DNA of 64,000 nucleotides from Podospora anserina (Eukaryota). The notes beneath the pieces were generated by a model that did no database searches, was not told the origin of the DNA, and saw only the letters and a list, made by a program, of their open reading frames with translations. The position numbers and the translations under genes are program-made. Every line of letters starts with the position of its first letter. Position 1 is the first letter of the stretch. The stretch is from positions 682,001 through 746,000 of the forward strand of contig CM030337.1 of NCBI GenBank assembly GCA_017654855.1, written 5' to 3'. This document shows positions 1 to 11,526 of this stretch, one piece after another.

Positions 1-523
1 GCGAGCTCACCTCCAATCGATGAGACAGCCATACCTGGGAGCACAACTCAAGGCAACCTCTCCATATGGCGACCACAAAATCTCGCAGCATTAGAGAGTG
101 CCCAATGGGTAGCACGAATCACGAGCACCGCAACGCTACACCTGGACGCCATGCCCAAACTTCTCCTACCCTTCGTGCTCTTTTAGCCTTTTACCCTCAG
201 CCTCTGAACAGCAAGAACAAGCAATTGCGACACGCCAGCAAGCTTTCTTCGGTAGTTCTGCCATGGTCACATTCATCTCGTCCGTACTCTCCCTTCAGCT
301 CGACCAGCTCGATGATCCCCAAAAAGCAAAACTGGTCAAGGTGGTCCTTCGCGTGGCTGGCCCAACATTTCTTTCAGTTCTTGCGGTTGGATGCTCCTTT
401 TACTGTCTCTCTGATAGAGACAAAAAGAAACCGGTTCCTATCCGTCATCTGCAGTCTAGGCCCCATTCTCTGGATGTTCCTGAAACGCAACCCTACATCT
501 GGGGCGCTCCAGAACGGGGATGA
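1..523 (+). pseudogene. Possible 3' remnant of a membrane protein with two C-terminal hydrophobic helices (CorA-like tail)
   Basis: Frame 2 reads ...QQAFFGSSAMVTFISSVLSLQL...LVKVVLRVAGPTFLSVLAVGCSFYCL followed by a basic tail. Two in-frame TAG codons lie upstream (about 92 and 110). Family assignment is by eye only. Confidence 0.25.
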
Positions 524-1687
524 GGGTGCTGGTGCTTGGATCGATGATGCAACTTTGGTTGGTGTCGTGGCTGTTGTCGCTGGTATCTTGAATGCAGAGC
601 GTAGTCTCTTCGTGAGGGATGACTTGGAGGGGGGCAACCACCCCGTCCTCCCTGAATTGGAGTCCGGCGGTCGGGACGGTGCCGGCATCAACAGGAGCGG
701 CGTTGGCCATCAGCCAGGAGGAGATGGGGGTGCCGAGATTACGTCCATAAACTGATGGCAGTTGAGCATGACTATCAGGTAGATGACGAAGCAGTGATAT
801 ATGTGGGGGCAGGCTTTGGATATTAGCGATAGGGGTCTTTATTCGGCGCTGGGTCCAAGTCATTTGTATATACTGTTCTAGCTTTACTTTACTCAGATAC
901 CTCTTACGATTTTATTGAGAATATTATACCAAGCTCACAGGAGAAGATGTAGAGCCAGTGACGGTTTTTCTGGCCCTGACGACAAAGGTGATGCGTGGAT
1001 TATCAAGCTGAATTTCTTTGGCTTGGTAACTGTTGGGGTGGGAATATTGAATGCGGAATTTGGACTTTGTGGACATATTACGGCTGCTTTCGCGAATGGC
1101 GAAGAGACCAGAAACGATGATGTTGATGGCACAGGTGAGACCAGCCGCATTCTTCGCAACGACAAAGAGAGTCAGCAAACACACCCTAGTGACAACAATC
1201 CTTGTTTCACCGAGTCTGGCTTCATGTCCGTCGCCATGCAGACTCTGGCGGGTACGAGTGGGTAAAAACGCAGGAATAGTTTTGAGGTTGAAGAGAACTT
1301 GCAAGTCTCTCATGATGGATAACGCCCTGGATATAAGATAGCATTGCCTCCTGACAGCTCTGTAGCCCCGAGATTACTTTTCATACGAAACACCGAATTT
1401 GATGAATAGAAAGACAATATGGTCAGTTTAATATGCAATGTAAACCGCCGAGTTCCAACACCGCTCCAAGTGATAGCGAGGAACCAAAGACATCAAAAGA
1501 AGAAGTGGTCATAGCTCCTAGCTTCAACGGAAGGTCTTGGCGTTACTTAGGTCGCTTTTATGACCCACCACAAGCTCCATCGAATCCCTTCCCCACCACA
1601 GCTTTCTGTGGTTCGATCTCTCAAAGAAAGCCAACATCAGACAACCTCCCCGCCCTGCCATTGACAACTTCACCAACCGTCGCACTC

Positions 1688-3328
1688 ATGAGGCCATCCT
1701 TGTCAGGTGTCGCGGCATCCAAGCCGTTCACCTGCCTCCCATGTTTCCTCCGAACCTCAACCAGAAACAGCTTCCAGCGCCCCGTCCTCACCTACACAGA
1801 AAGAACCACCCCCAGGTTATCAACAGCGCAATTCTCCCACAGCGCCCGACAGCTCCACGCCCAAGAAGCCCCCGACCAAACCGCCGCTTTCAACACAGCC
1901 GCCTCCCTCCGCCCAACCACAGCCCCTAAACCCCTCCTCGATATTAAGCACATCCGCCTCAATCCCGACCTCTACTCCCAAAACTGCATCGACAGAAACT
2001 ATAAATCCCTCGCCGAATACCCCCACAAGATCAATACCTTGTTTGCGGAATGGCAAGCTCAGCAAAAAGCCGGCCGCGCCCTCAGGGAAAGGGGAAATAT
2101 TCTCCGCCGCCGGTTGGCTGGTCCGGGCGGCGCCTCCCGTGACGATCCCCGCGAGATTATTGACGAGTTTGGTGACATGAGCCGGGAGGAGATTTTGGAG
2201 GAGGCGCGGAAACTAAAGGCTGGCTTGGCGGGGATTGAGGAGACGGAGGGAAAGCTGCAGGCTGAGATGGAAAGATTGGCGCTGGCGATCCCGAATTTGA
2301 CGAGTGATGAGACGCCCCGCGGGACGGAGCCGGAAGTCATGAGTTATATCAACAATCACCCCGAGCCTGAGCCGGCGTTGTCGGATAGAGTGTGGAGGAG
2401 TCATGTGCATGTTGGTGCGGAATTGGGACTTTTGGACTTTGCCGGGGCGGCGTCTTCTTCTGGGTGGGGGTGGTATTACCTTTTGGATGAGGCGGCGGAT
2501 TTGGAACAGGCCTTGATCAGCTATGCTTTGGCTACGGCTACACGTGCAGGGTGGAGGCAGGTCTCCCCTCCGAGCGTGGTGTATGGGCATATTGCTGCTG
2601 CTTGTGGGTTTCAGCCGAGGGACGCGAATGGGGAGACGCAGATTTACGCTATTGCTCAGTCGAGGGAGGACGCGGCGAGGGGGAAGCCGGAGTTGGTGCT
2701 GGCTGGGACGGCGGAGATTCCATTGGCCGGGATGAAGGCTGATACTGTGCTGGACGAGGCTGATTTGCCATTGAAGAGGGTAGCGGTTTCACGATGCTAC
2801 AGGGCGGAAGCGGGGGCTAGAGGGAGTGAGACGAAGGGGCTTTACAGGGTGCACGAGTTCACAAAGGTGGAGATGTTTTCTTGGACGCTACCGGATCAGG
2901 TCGAGACGGAGGAGATCTTTGACGAGATGATTGATCTCCAGACGGAAATCTTGGGCGGGCTAGGGCTACACTGCCGGGTCTTGGAGATGCCCACTGCTGA
3001 TTTGGGGGCGTCGGCTACGAGAAAGTGTGATATTGAGGCGTTCTTCCCATCCAGAAGGGAGCGGAATGATGGCTGGGGAGAGGTTACGAGCGCCAGTATT
3101 TGCACCGACTACCAGACTAGGAGGTTGGCGACTAGACTCAAGACCAAGGAGGGGAAGCTGGTGTATCCGTGGACTGTCAACGGGACTGCTCTTGCTGTTC
3201 CGAGAGTTTTGGCGGCGATTTTGGAGAACGGGTGGAATGAGTCGGAGAAGAGTGTTTTGATCCCTGAAGTGTTGCGACCTTGGATGGATGGGAGAGAGAA
3301 GATTGGGCCGAGGCACCGGATGAATTAG
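1688..3328 (+). CDS. DIA4: Mitochondrial seryl-tRNA synthetase (class II aaRS), intronless
   Basis: SerRS motifs LLDIKHIR, IPNL, LAGTAEIPL, SRCYRAEAG, GLYRVHEFTKVE, EVTSASICTDYQTRRL and NGTALAVPR. The N-terminus from ATG 1688 is R/S/T-rich like a presequence. The ORF is open from 1433, but 1688 is the likelier start. Confidence 0.92.
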   Translation: MRPSLSGVAASKPFTCLPCFLRTSTRNSFQRPVLTYTERTTPRLSTAQFSHSARQLHAQEAPDQTAAFNTAASLRPTTAPKPLLDIKHIRLNPDLYSQNCIDRNYKSLAEYPHKINTLFAEWQAQQKAGRALRERGNILRRRLAGPGGASRDDPREIIDEFGDMSREEILEEARKLKAGLAGIEETEGKLQAEMERLALAIPNLTSDETPRGTEPEVMSYINNHPEPEPALSDRVWRSHVHVGAELGLLDFAGAASSSGWGWYYLLDEAADLEQALISYALATATRAGWRQVSPPSVVYGHIAAACGFQPRDANGETQIYAIAQSREDAARGKPELVLAGTAEIPLAGMKADTVLDEADLPLKRVAVSRCYRAEAGARGSETKGLYRVHEFTKVEMFSWTLPDQVETEEIFDEMIDLQTEILGGLGLHCRVLEMPTADLGASATRKCDIEAFFPSRRERNDGWGEVTSASICTDYQTRRLATRLKTKEGKLVYPWTVNGTALAVPRVLAAILENGWNESEKSVLIPEVLRPWMDGREKIGPRHRMN

Positions 3329-3959
3329 GAAAGGAGGGTTCTCAAGGTCAAGGTTGGGGAAAACAATGGCATTGCGGGAGGAGGTTTTCTGTATTACTGC
3401 CCGCATCACTAGTGTGTACTTGTACTTTGTATTGTTAAATGTGGGGGAATGAACCTGATGTTGATGATCATGGCGTGTGTCTCGATGTTCTGAGTTGTGG
3501 GTGTTTGGTGTTTTGGTTTCTGGATCATTCTTTCAAGCGGCTTGCGTTTTCGGTGTTTGGATGCAAGGGTTTTTGCCTGATGTTGGCTCAGCAACATTGA
3601 GAAGGGAAACTGACAGGAGAAAGGAGCAAAAGAAATGCAGGCAGGCCCAAACCGACCAAGAGTGGGCTTTGCTAGACCTCTTTGTCTGGGTTTGAAGTGT
3701 TTCTGCTTCTGCAGTGTTTGACAGTCCGGATTTTGTGGGGAAATCAGTTTGGTTTTGCTTTGGCAAATGGTTCGGGTATGCTCGATGCTGATTCTGCGCT
3801 TGACAGCTGAGAGCAGGTATAAAGCAGTGGTGACTCTGCTCCTTGCTCGTCAACATTTTCTTCATGCTTTCCAACATCGAAGTTTGATCTCATTGGAATA
3901 TCCGTCTACTCATCCTATATATACCTATCCATTTCACCACGATTCTGTCTCAGAAAGAC

Positions 3960-6900
3960 AGATGTCAACGAACCAGTTCCTTCATCAACCACCTCACAGT
4001 AATTGGTCACGAGCACGTCTTTGCACCGTTCGACCGCTTTCTTCATCGGCTACAACAGAAGACAAACCACAGTTGAGAGCGCCATTGCAGAACCTTTTGC
4101 CTCTCCTCGAGTCCTTCCACCTACTCTTGGATTTCACGCCAATCAGCAGCACATCAACTGAGCGGCACCTACCCATGAGGATGCACCATGACTCCCCGGT
4201 GTACCTCACTTGGGTTTGCCGTCTTCCAGGGTATTCCACCATCCCGATGTCAGCCCCTGTACATTTTGGGCATGGCGTTGTGCCAACCATATCTTCATGT
4301 AGAAGGAATCTCAAGTGGGGGCGATGAGCACTCGTCCATTCCTAGGAGAGCAACAGACTGTGCGACAGAGCCGTCTTTTCAACCAAGATCAAGACAGATC
4401 AATTCCTCTCGTCGAATACAAGGTCGGGTCAATTCTCCATCAGTTAGCACATCTTCCAGTCTTTTCTACCAGTTGCGTGGTTAGTCTTTTATATATATTT
4501 CACCATCATGTCCTCCCTTCAAGATTCTCCATCTACGAAGGGCACCTACCTACCAACCTTCTTCCTACCAGCTCTAGATCCATGGGCTTATGATTATGGA
4601 CGAGACGGAGGCAGGAATCGGCGGCTTTATGTCCGGAAAGCCGAAGTTTGGGCAGAGATACAGGGCGTCTGTTCTGTTCATTCTTTGGAGTTTTCTAAAA
4701 AAGATTGCACGTCACTCTACCTCATCTACCTAGGCTAGTGCTTTGACCAAACGATCCCGATATCTAACACTGCAGGGCTTTTGGTTGGAGAGCCGGGAGC
4801 CTTCGTGCTGTTGACCTGGAAAGCAACGAAGCAGAGGACTCCGTGGTGCTGTTCCCTTCATCTTGGTGCTGTCTCAACCCGCGGCTTACTACCCTGAAGA
4901 AGAAGGGACGTGAAGACTGGTATGTGTGCTGAACAATGATCTCGACGGTCTTCCATCAAACTTGAAGGTTCAAGTGGCCAGATTAGCTAACCTTCTTGTT
5001 GTTGACAGTCTTTCTACTCAAGACCGCCAAGCCCGACGGCTTCCGTCTGGTCACCTCGTCGTCTTCATCGTCTTGACATTTCGGATCTTCAAAGATCGGC
5101 GTCAAGAATCTTTGATGCCATCATTGATCAAAGCCAGATGGTAGATGGCACTAGACGAACCAAGAATGGCACCAAGCAGAGTGTATACGTAGAAAACCTT
5201 TCCGACGTCCAACTTAGCGTCTTGTCTCAGGTTGTTTAGACATCATATAGCCCCATACCTACCCTACCTTACCTCCTGCGGTTTGACCTTTGGGGCACGG
5301 CTCGGATTATCACCTCCTGGATCCGAACCTGTATATTTACACTTCCGCTCCTCCGCCAAAGAACCTGGAAGATCACTGCGTTGCTGTCCCACAAAACCCG
5401 AGAAACCCCCCCAATACAATTCGTACATCTTTTGTTCTTGTCAATATACCACATCATTACGCATTAATCGGGGACACCTATGGATTTCTGCACCAAATGG
5501 TAGCTGCGACTTATTTAGGCTTCATTCTTTTGGCAACGACATACCGAACAGCACTCTGACAGCAACTTTAGGTCTTTTATTGTCACAAAGCAGGGAATTT
5601 TGCTACTAATCTAATTCATGAGATGCCTTGTCATTCTCACCTTTAGTTTCTATATATATAGTTTACCTACTTTACCAACTTCCCTTTCACCTTTACCTTG
5701 GTGTCTTTTACTCACCACCCAAGTCGGCAACTGGAACCTCGCAAAGACGACACCTCATCATCGCCGAGTCTCATACGAGGACGGCAATCACATCTGGGCC
5801 ACTCAGAGACCCGATCACATATTCAGATGCGGCAGCAAGAGGTTCTTGCAGTTGTCGAATGCATGGTACGCCGCCCAGTACCTAATGATTTGCGCTCTAC
5901 CTGTGGACATATCAGCTAACTGGTTCACAATGGAATAGATGATCGACGTGCCGGAGCCCTGTCTGAGCTCATGTCTAATATCCCTACACCTTCCATGAGC
6001 CTTCGGCGCTGCCGGTGTTTGTTCTCAGTTAGACCGCAGAAGGACAACGCAACATCGGAGGGTTGAAAACCCGGAAATGGAAAGAGCTAAAACATTCTGA
6101 CTGGGACCCCCCAAATCACCTCCCGGGACCGGCTCTCCTACCTTCAGTCGAGAGCCAACATTCCACACGCAAACCCTCTTGCCGACGTCCTAGCCCCGAC
6201 TGCCTCGATGGTATTCGTCCTCTGCCTGAAAACGGAGCGATATCTTTCAGAATCTTCAGCAAGGGGTCTCTGAGAACAACTGTTGCACGATTAGCCCAGT
6301 GCTCTGTCTTTCGGGTCGCCTCTTCACCCACGTCCATATATATAGCAGAATCCTTCAGCTTTAGTCTTTTCTAGACTCACCAACGCCTGATTGAGAGACT
6401 CTCCCCATCTATTTCCCCTGACTTGGTCAACAACGGAACTATCACCTACCTGCCCGGTTTCCAAACCTCGCCATACCTCCCTCCGTCAGGATCATCAGCC
6501 TGACGCCATCCCCGATCCGCAGTCTGGTGAGCAGCGTGAGCCACCTTTTATCCCGCCTCCATTCGGTCCCGTCGCGACTACCACCAACGATCTGTAGGCT
6601 GGGAACTAGTTGTGGAAGGGCAAAAAGAACCGATTTGATGGTGAAAAGCAAGTACCTGGTGTTTACAAGAAGCGTTGCTACCCTCAGGCATAGTTCGCCT
6701 TTCCGTCCTTCCACGGCAACAATGCCATGCCGCCTGTCTCCGGCGCCCATCTGCGGTGTTTGGCGTATACCTACCTACTTTCAGCTATTCTGCTACCACC
6801 ATGGATCCCACCTGCCTGCCTCCTGGGAACTGGAAATTGTCGAGGCAGAACACGTCCAGTCATTGCACCTTTTCCCACGTCAATTTCAGTCGTGGGCTCT

Positions 6901-8900
6901 CCGAGTTCGAGGGTCGACTGGCAACATCCCTGCCAAACAACTACCGGGGGCTCGAATGTCTTTTAGAGTTCGACCCTTCTGTTGTTCTTTGCTTGGCTCA
7001 GATCTTCAGACACAGGCACACGATGGTCATTATGTTGTTTTGTATATATTCAGTCACCCTATCAATTCGAGTTTATCTACCTTACCGCTTTTGTGGTCTC
7101 TGACCTTACCCAAGCTTGAAAGCAAGAAACAAGACGCTTACACCGACTTGGAAATTGAACATCGTACTTTCACGGCCACCTACCTACTCAAACAACACCA
7201 CGTCCATATCCCCAGCCACCAAGGGTCAACTACATGGGATGTGCTGCTGTCTGTGGCTCAGCTTTGGCTACCAGCTGTGACAAGGTACCTCTCAAGCATC
7301 AAAAAACTGGCAAGTTGGCCAGCCTCCAGAGAAGCTAGATCATTCTCAGTGCATTGCCACTCACTCCGGCATCTTTGAGGCGTGCCATATTGTTCCATAA
7401 TGTGCCGCTAAGAAAGACTCGACAGTAGCAGGGATGAAGAATACGTTGTCTATCTTGCGGAATTTTTCTTTCTCGATGAAGATAGCCTCTCTACCAAGGC
7501 ACCTTACCACAAGTTGTTGCTGCTGAGGGTCAAGGTAGACTGTTAGGAGGGCGATATGCCTGACGTACCTTATCCAGCATGTCAGAATCGCAACCATCCG
7601 ACAGCTTGAACTTGAACTTTTTCACTGTTCGACCATTACAAGAAATTCAAACATTTACGGTATGATCATCACCTGAGCTCTGAGACGGTCGCCCGCTGGG
7701 AAGCCGTGTTATTGTGCCTCGGAAGCAAACCAGACCCTTCACACTGTCGAACACATGAACGGGCTGGAGCATGCTTTCGCCGTAGATGAGACGCCAGAAT
7801 CATCCTCCATCACGTTCACCTCTCGCATATGAACTCACACTTTCCATCCCACCATCCGGAACCAAAATGCCAGAATGACCACAGTCAAGATGGAACGTTC
7901 ACCGACAGATCGCCTTCAGGTCGCCGACCAACAACACTGCCCAAAGCAAAGCTGCGTCGGAGCAACACTGGACCGGAAACCGCCGGCTATAGAGTTCATG
8001 AGAACTCCAAGCACAGGACGGCTCCAGTAACTCTGTCTCACTAACCCCTGGAATCCGCCACCCAAGTTCAGCAACCTGCAGCACAGGGCCAAAACAACAA
8101 CACCCTCCTGCCCCTGCCTCAAATACCTCACTCACGTACTTTGCAGAATTAATTGCCTTGCCTCCCAGACCATCTTCAATTCACCAGGCCCCCCCCCCCA
8201 CCTCCACCAGCCATGTAGGCTCGTCCCCTCGACCCTCCACTGCCACCACTGGCTTGGGAAAACCGGAGGAGAGCTAACTTCATCCGGTCGTGGTGTGAGG
8301 GCGAGAAAAGCGCTAGCCAATTTACCTTCCTCTCAAGTCGACCCCGACAACTGGTAGTAGCGGGGGGGGTTGGCAACGTCCAAGAAAATCTGTTTTCCAA
8401 ACAGCAAACCGTCTCTTTCTCTCCACCAACCCTTCCGTTTGACTCAAGACGGAGAGAGACAAACACTCTCCGTAACCTGTCTACCTGATTACCTGCGCCA
8501 GCTTGCCAGGTCCTCCTGTATCCCACCGGCTGCAGCAACCGGGACTCCCCAGCGATGAGGCCACAGCAGCTGGCAGTAGGGAAGGGCGAAGCAAGCTATC
8601 AAACCAGCAAAGCTCTCCTTTACCTCCCGACGCTCTGCCCTTCTGAGCAGCTGCTGCGGCCTTCCCCAGGACCACTCGGCACCTGCGAGTTAGTGGTCGG
8701 GGGAAGACGGTCGCATGAGGCTGAAGCAACACGAGAACTAGCTTGGGCGTTTGGTCGGCGAAAAGATGAAGATAGCTACGCCACAGGACTTTCCTGGGCT
8801 GTTTGTGCGGGACACCTTTCACCTGGACACTGAAGTCATGTAACTGGACCTTAGTTGTGGGTTGTCGTTGCTCATCCTACTCCTTACTTTTGCATCTTCA
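3960..8900 (+). pseudogene. Accessory region of fragmented ORFs, probably one or more decayed genes
   Basis: Overlapping + strand ORFs of 60-283 aa in shifting frames (e.g. 4315-4738, 5290-5938, 6527-7378). I found no consistent splice model and no recognisable domain. Confidence 0.3.
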
Positions 8901-9310
8901 CAATTTACGTAATATCGACCAAGTGGCACTAATCGGGACGTCAGATAGAGGTTGCTATCGACTGGGGTTCAGGTTACGGGAACGAGACAGAGGAAGAGCA
9001 GGGGAAGAGAAGACCTGGCGGATGTTCTTCTTGTATATTTACGAACACTGTACAACTATGGGATGACAATAGAAACAAGGACGATATGTAAGACAATGTA
9101 ACATGTACCATTCAGTCAAAACACATCACATCACATCAGACACTTCATCCAGCACGGTAGGTTCTCCTCAAAAACGTATTCCATTCAAATTCCACAAAAC
9201 TATCCCAAAAAATGCAAGTGATCATCCCTCCTCTTGTCCATCTATAATCATCATCCATCATCACATAGACCCTTAACATCCCTCCCAGTACTCAACAAAA
9301 AACAAGATTA

Positions 9311-9440
9311 AACAACAGCAACAGCAACAACAGCAACAACAGCAACAACAGCAACAACAGCAACAACAGCAACAACAGCAACAACAGCAACAACAGCAAC
9401 AACAGCAACAACAGCAACAACAGCAACAACAACAACAACA
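9311..9440. repeat. 9-bp tandem repeat (ACAGCAACA)x~12 with flanking (AAC)n
   Basis: Directly visible perfect array. Confidence 0.95.
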
Positions 9441-10494
9441 TCAAAGAAAAAGCCCGTTGAGAAGCCCAATAAACACAACTTCAAATCCACGAAAAAATCC
9501 ATCTTTTGTTGTTCCCCCCCCACAAAAAAAGGGAAAAAGAGTCTATCTAACGCTTTGCACATCCAAAGAAACGGTCTATATAAATCCCCAACAAGTGATA
9601 ATGATGATGATGATGATGATTGATGATCCCTCTTTTATCCGATCCGAATTTTACCCGAATGCGTTCGTTCCCTTCTCTTTCTTTCCAACCCTTGTGATAC
9701 AAAAAAAATGGTGAATACATGAGGAGGAGGTTGCCCAAGAAACTGTTTAACAAAAATGATGTTACAAAAAAAGGGTGGGGGGTATAGGGGTATAAAAAAA
9801 ATCCATGTCCAAATGTGCAAAAATTCCCAAAACAGTTGCTTCATAAAAAAAAAGGGCCAAGAAGCAAAATTGTGGTGATGTTGAAACAAACATAAAAAGC
9901 CGTTGAAAACACCAGGGTCCCTGATGATGGAGATCGTGGGAAAGGGTTAGGAAAGGTGGTGGTGGTGGAGAAAAAGCTTGATGAACCCCCTTGTCGACCC
10001 GCCCTTCCCGAAAATCTCCACTCGGCCAATGACAGAATCAAGTGGAGCGCCATGTGAACTCTGGGCAGCCGGGTCGACCCGCACAGTCAGCCCCCAGTCA
10101 GCTAAAAAGGTATTGTGGGGGGCTGATTCTGGAAAATATTGGCGCATAGTTTTGTGTGGCTGATGTAAGACGGAAGGAATTGAACTCGGCGAGCGGCGGC
10201 CTCAAGGTGAACAGAAAGAGCCGCAGCTGACCAGAGATGAGTTGTCGCCGGGACAATGTGACGGTGTTGTTGGGTGGTAAGGGGCGTGTAAGTGAGGCGT
10301 GGGGCTGATCAGAGCTGACAACCCTGAAAGAGATGGAGAAGAAAAAAAAGAAGCAAAGCATCGGGCGCCAACCACAGGCTTCTGCGACATATCGTCAGGT
10401 ACAGGCCAATCGGAAAGTGCACGCACGACCCAAACAATCGGGATTGGAGATCATGATTCGCGTTTCCGGACCAACCGAACTTGTCGTCAGCACA

Positions 10495-11526
10495 TCACCT
10501 CCGCTCGCTGCGACCGGTCCTGACTTGATGTGGGTGGTACGCAGCTTCCTCCTCCTCGTAGCCGTACTCTCCGCTGGCAATGTAGACCTGGGGGTGAGCC
10601 GGCCGTTGAGCGCCCTGTGCGTAGGCGGATGGCTCGCGAATGCTGGCATACGTGGTCGAGGGTGGGTATCCAGGGGCCGTGTAGGAATGATGGCGCGCGG
10701 GCGAGGGCGGCACAGTCTGCTGTGGTCTGGGGGTGCTGAGACCCAGTGGCTCGATATAGCTGCTTGTCGGTCGGCTTGCTCGGGCGGTTTTGGAGGAAGC
10801 AATGCTGCCGCTCTTGGCGTCGCTCTCGTCGCCAACGCGATGCTTGTCGAACCGCTGGCGCAGGCGGTCAATTGTGTCGTCTTCCTTTTCGGCAGGCCGT
10901 TCGTGTTCGCGGTGTTGTTCCTTTTCGCGCTTTTCCCTCTTGCGCTCCTTTTCGCGCTTCTCCTTTTCGCGGTCGGCGTCGCGCTCCTTTTCCTTCTCAG
11001 GTCTGCGCTTGCTGGCGCTGCGCCGTGGCTTCTTGTCCTCGGTGGACTCGGACGTTGTGGAGCTGGCGGCTGTTGGCGAGCTGGTGACGGTGCTCTTGCG
11101 ATTGGACTTCTTCAGCTTCTCAATCGTGTCGTCGAGCTGCTCCTGAAGCTGTGTGTTTTGTTCCGAGAGCTCCTTGTTCTTCTCGGCGAGCGTCTTCTTT
11201 TCGTGTGTAAAGAGCTCATTCTGGTCCGTGACGGCGCGCACATGGGCCTTGTTCTGCTCAATCTCGTTGCGCAATTGACGGACGGTGGTCTCGAGCTCGG
11301 CGATCTTTTTGGAAAACTCGTCTCGTTGCTGGCGCGTCTGCTCAAGAGCACGCTGCAGTTGGTAGATGGTTGTGTTGTCCTCGTAGCCAGAAGCCAAGAA
11401 GTTGCGGTCGCGGTCGGTGTTGGAGGTTCGACTCTCGCAGTCGCTGAAGGAACCCACACCCGAGTCGCTGCGCTGATGCTCGTAGTGCCCTTCGGTGGGC
11501 GAGCCCCAGCGGACTGTTCTGCTCAT
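10495..11526 (-). CDS. Uncharacterised coiled-coil protein with charged disordered C-terminus (MSRTVRWGSP..., ~343 aa)
   Basis: Intact ORF with biased codon usage, a heptad region (LQRALEQTRQQRDEFSKKIAELETTVRQLRNEIEQ), a KEKRE-rich segment, GCC-ATG context and TATATA about 140 nt upstream. Confidence 0.8.
   Translation of the reverse strand: MSRTVRWGSPTEGHYEHQRSDSGVGSFSDCESRTSNTDRDRNFLASGYEDNTTIYQLQRALEQTRQQRDEFSKKIAELETTVRQLRNEIEQNKAHVRAVTDQNELFTHEKKTLAEKNKELSEQNTQLQEQLDDTIEKLKKSNRKSTVTSSPTAASSTTSESTEDKKPRRSASKRRPEKEKERDADREKEKREKERKREKREKEQHREHERPAEKEDDTIDRLRQRFDKHRVGDESDAKSGSIASSKTARASRPTSSYIEPLGLSTPRPQQTVPPSPARHHSYTAPGYPPSTTYASIREPSAYAQGAQRPAHPQVYIASGEYGYEEEEAAYHPHQVRTGRSERR

Noticed and set aside
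1433-1687. N-terminal extension of SerRS from ATG 1433
   Set aside because: Reads like promoter/leader sequence and would mask the presequence starting at 1688.
9311-9440. Possible CRISPR-like array
   Set aside because: No spacers; a simple tandem repeat in a eukaryotic genome.
9308-9562. VVA-repeat ORF
   Set aside because: Translation artefact of the 9-bp tandem repeat.
11426-11436. GGTTCGACTC T-arm-like motif
   Set aside because: Lies inside a CDS with no cloverleaf; not a tRNA.
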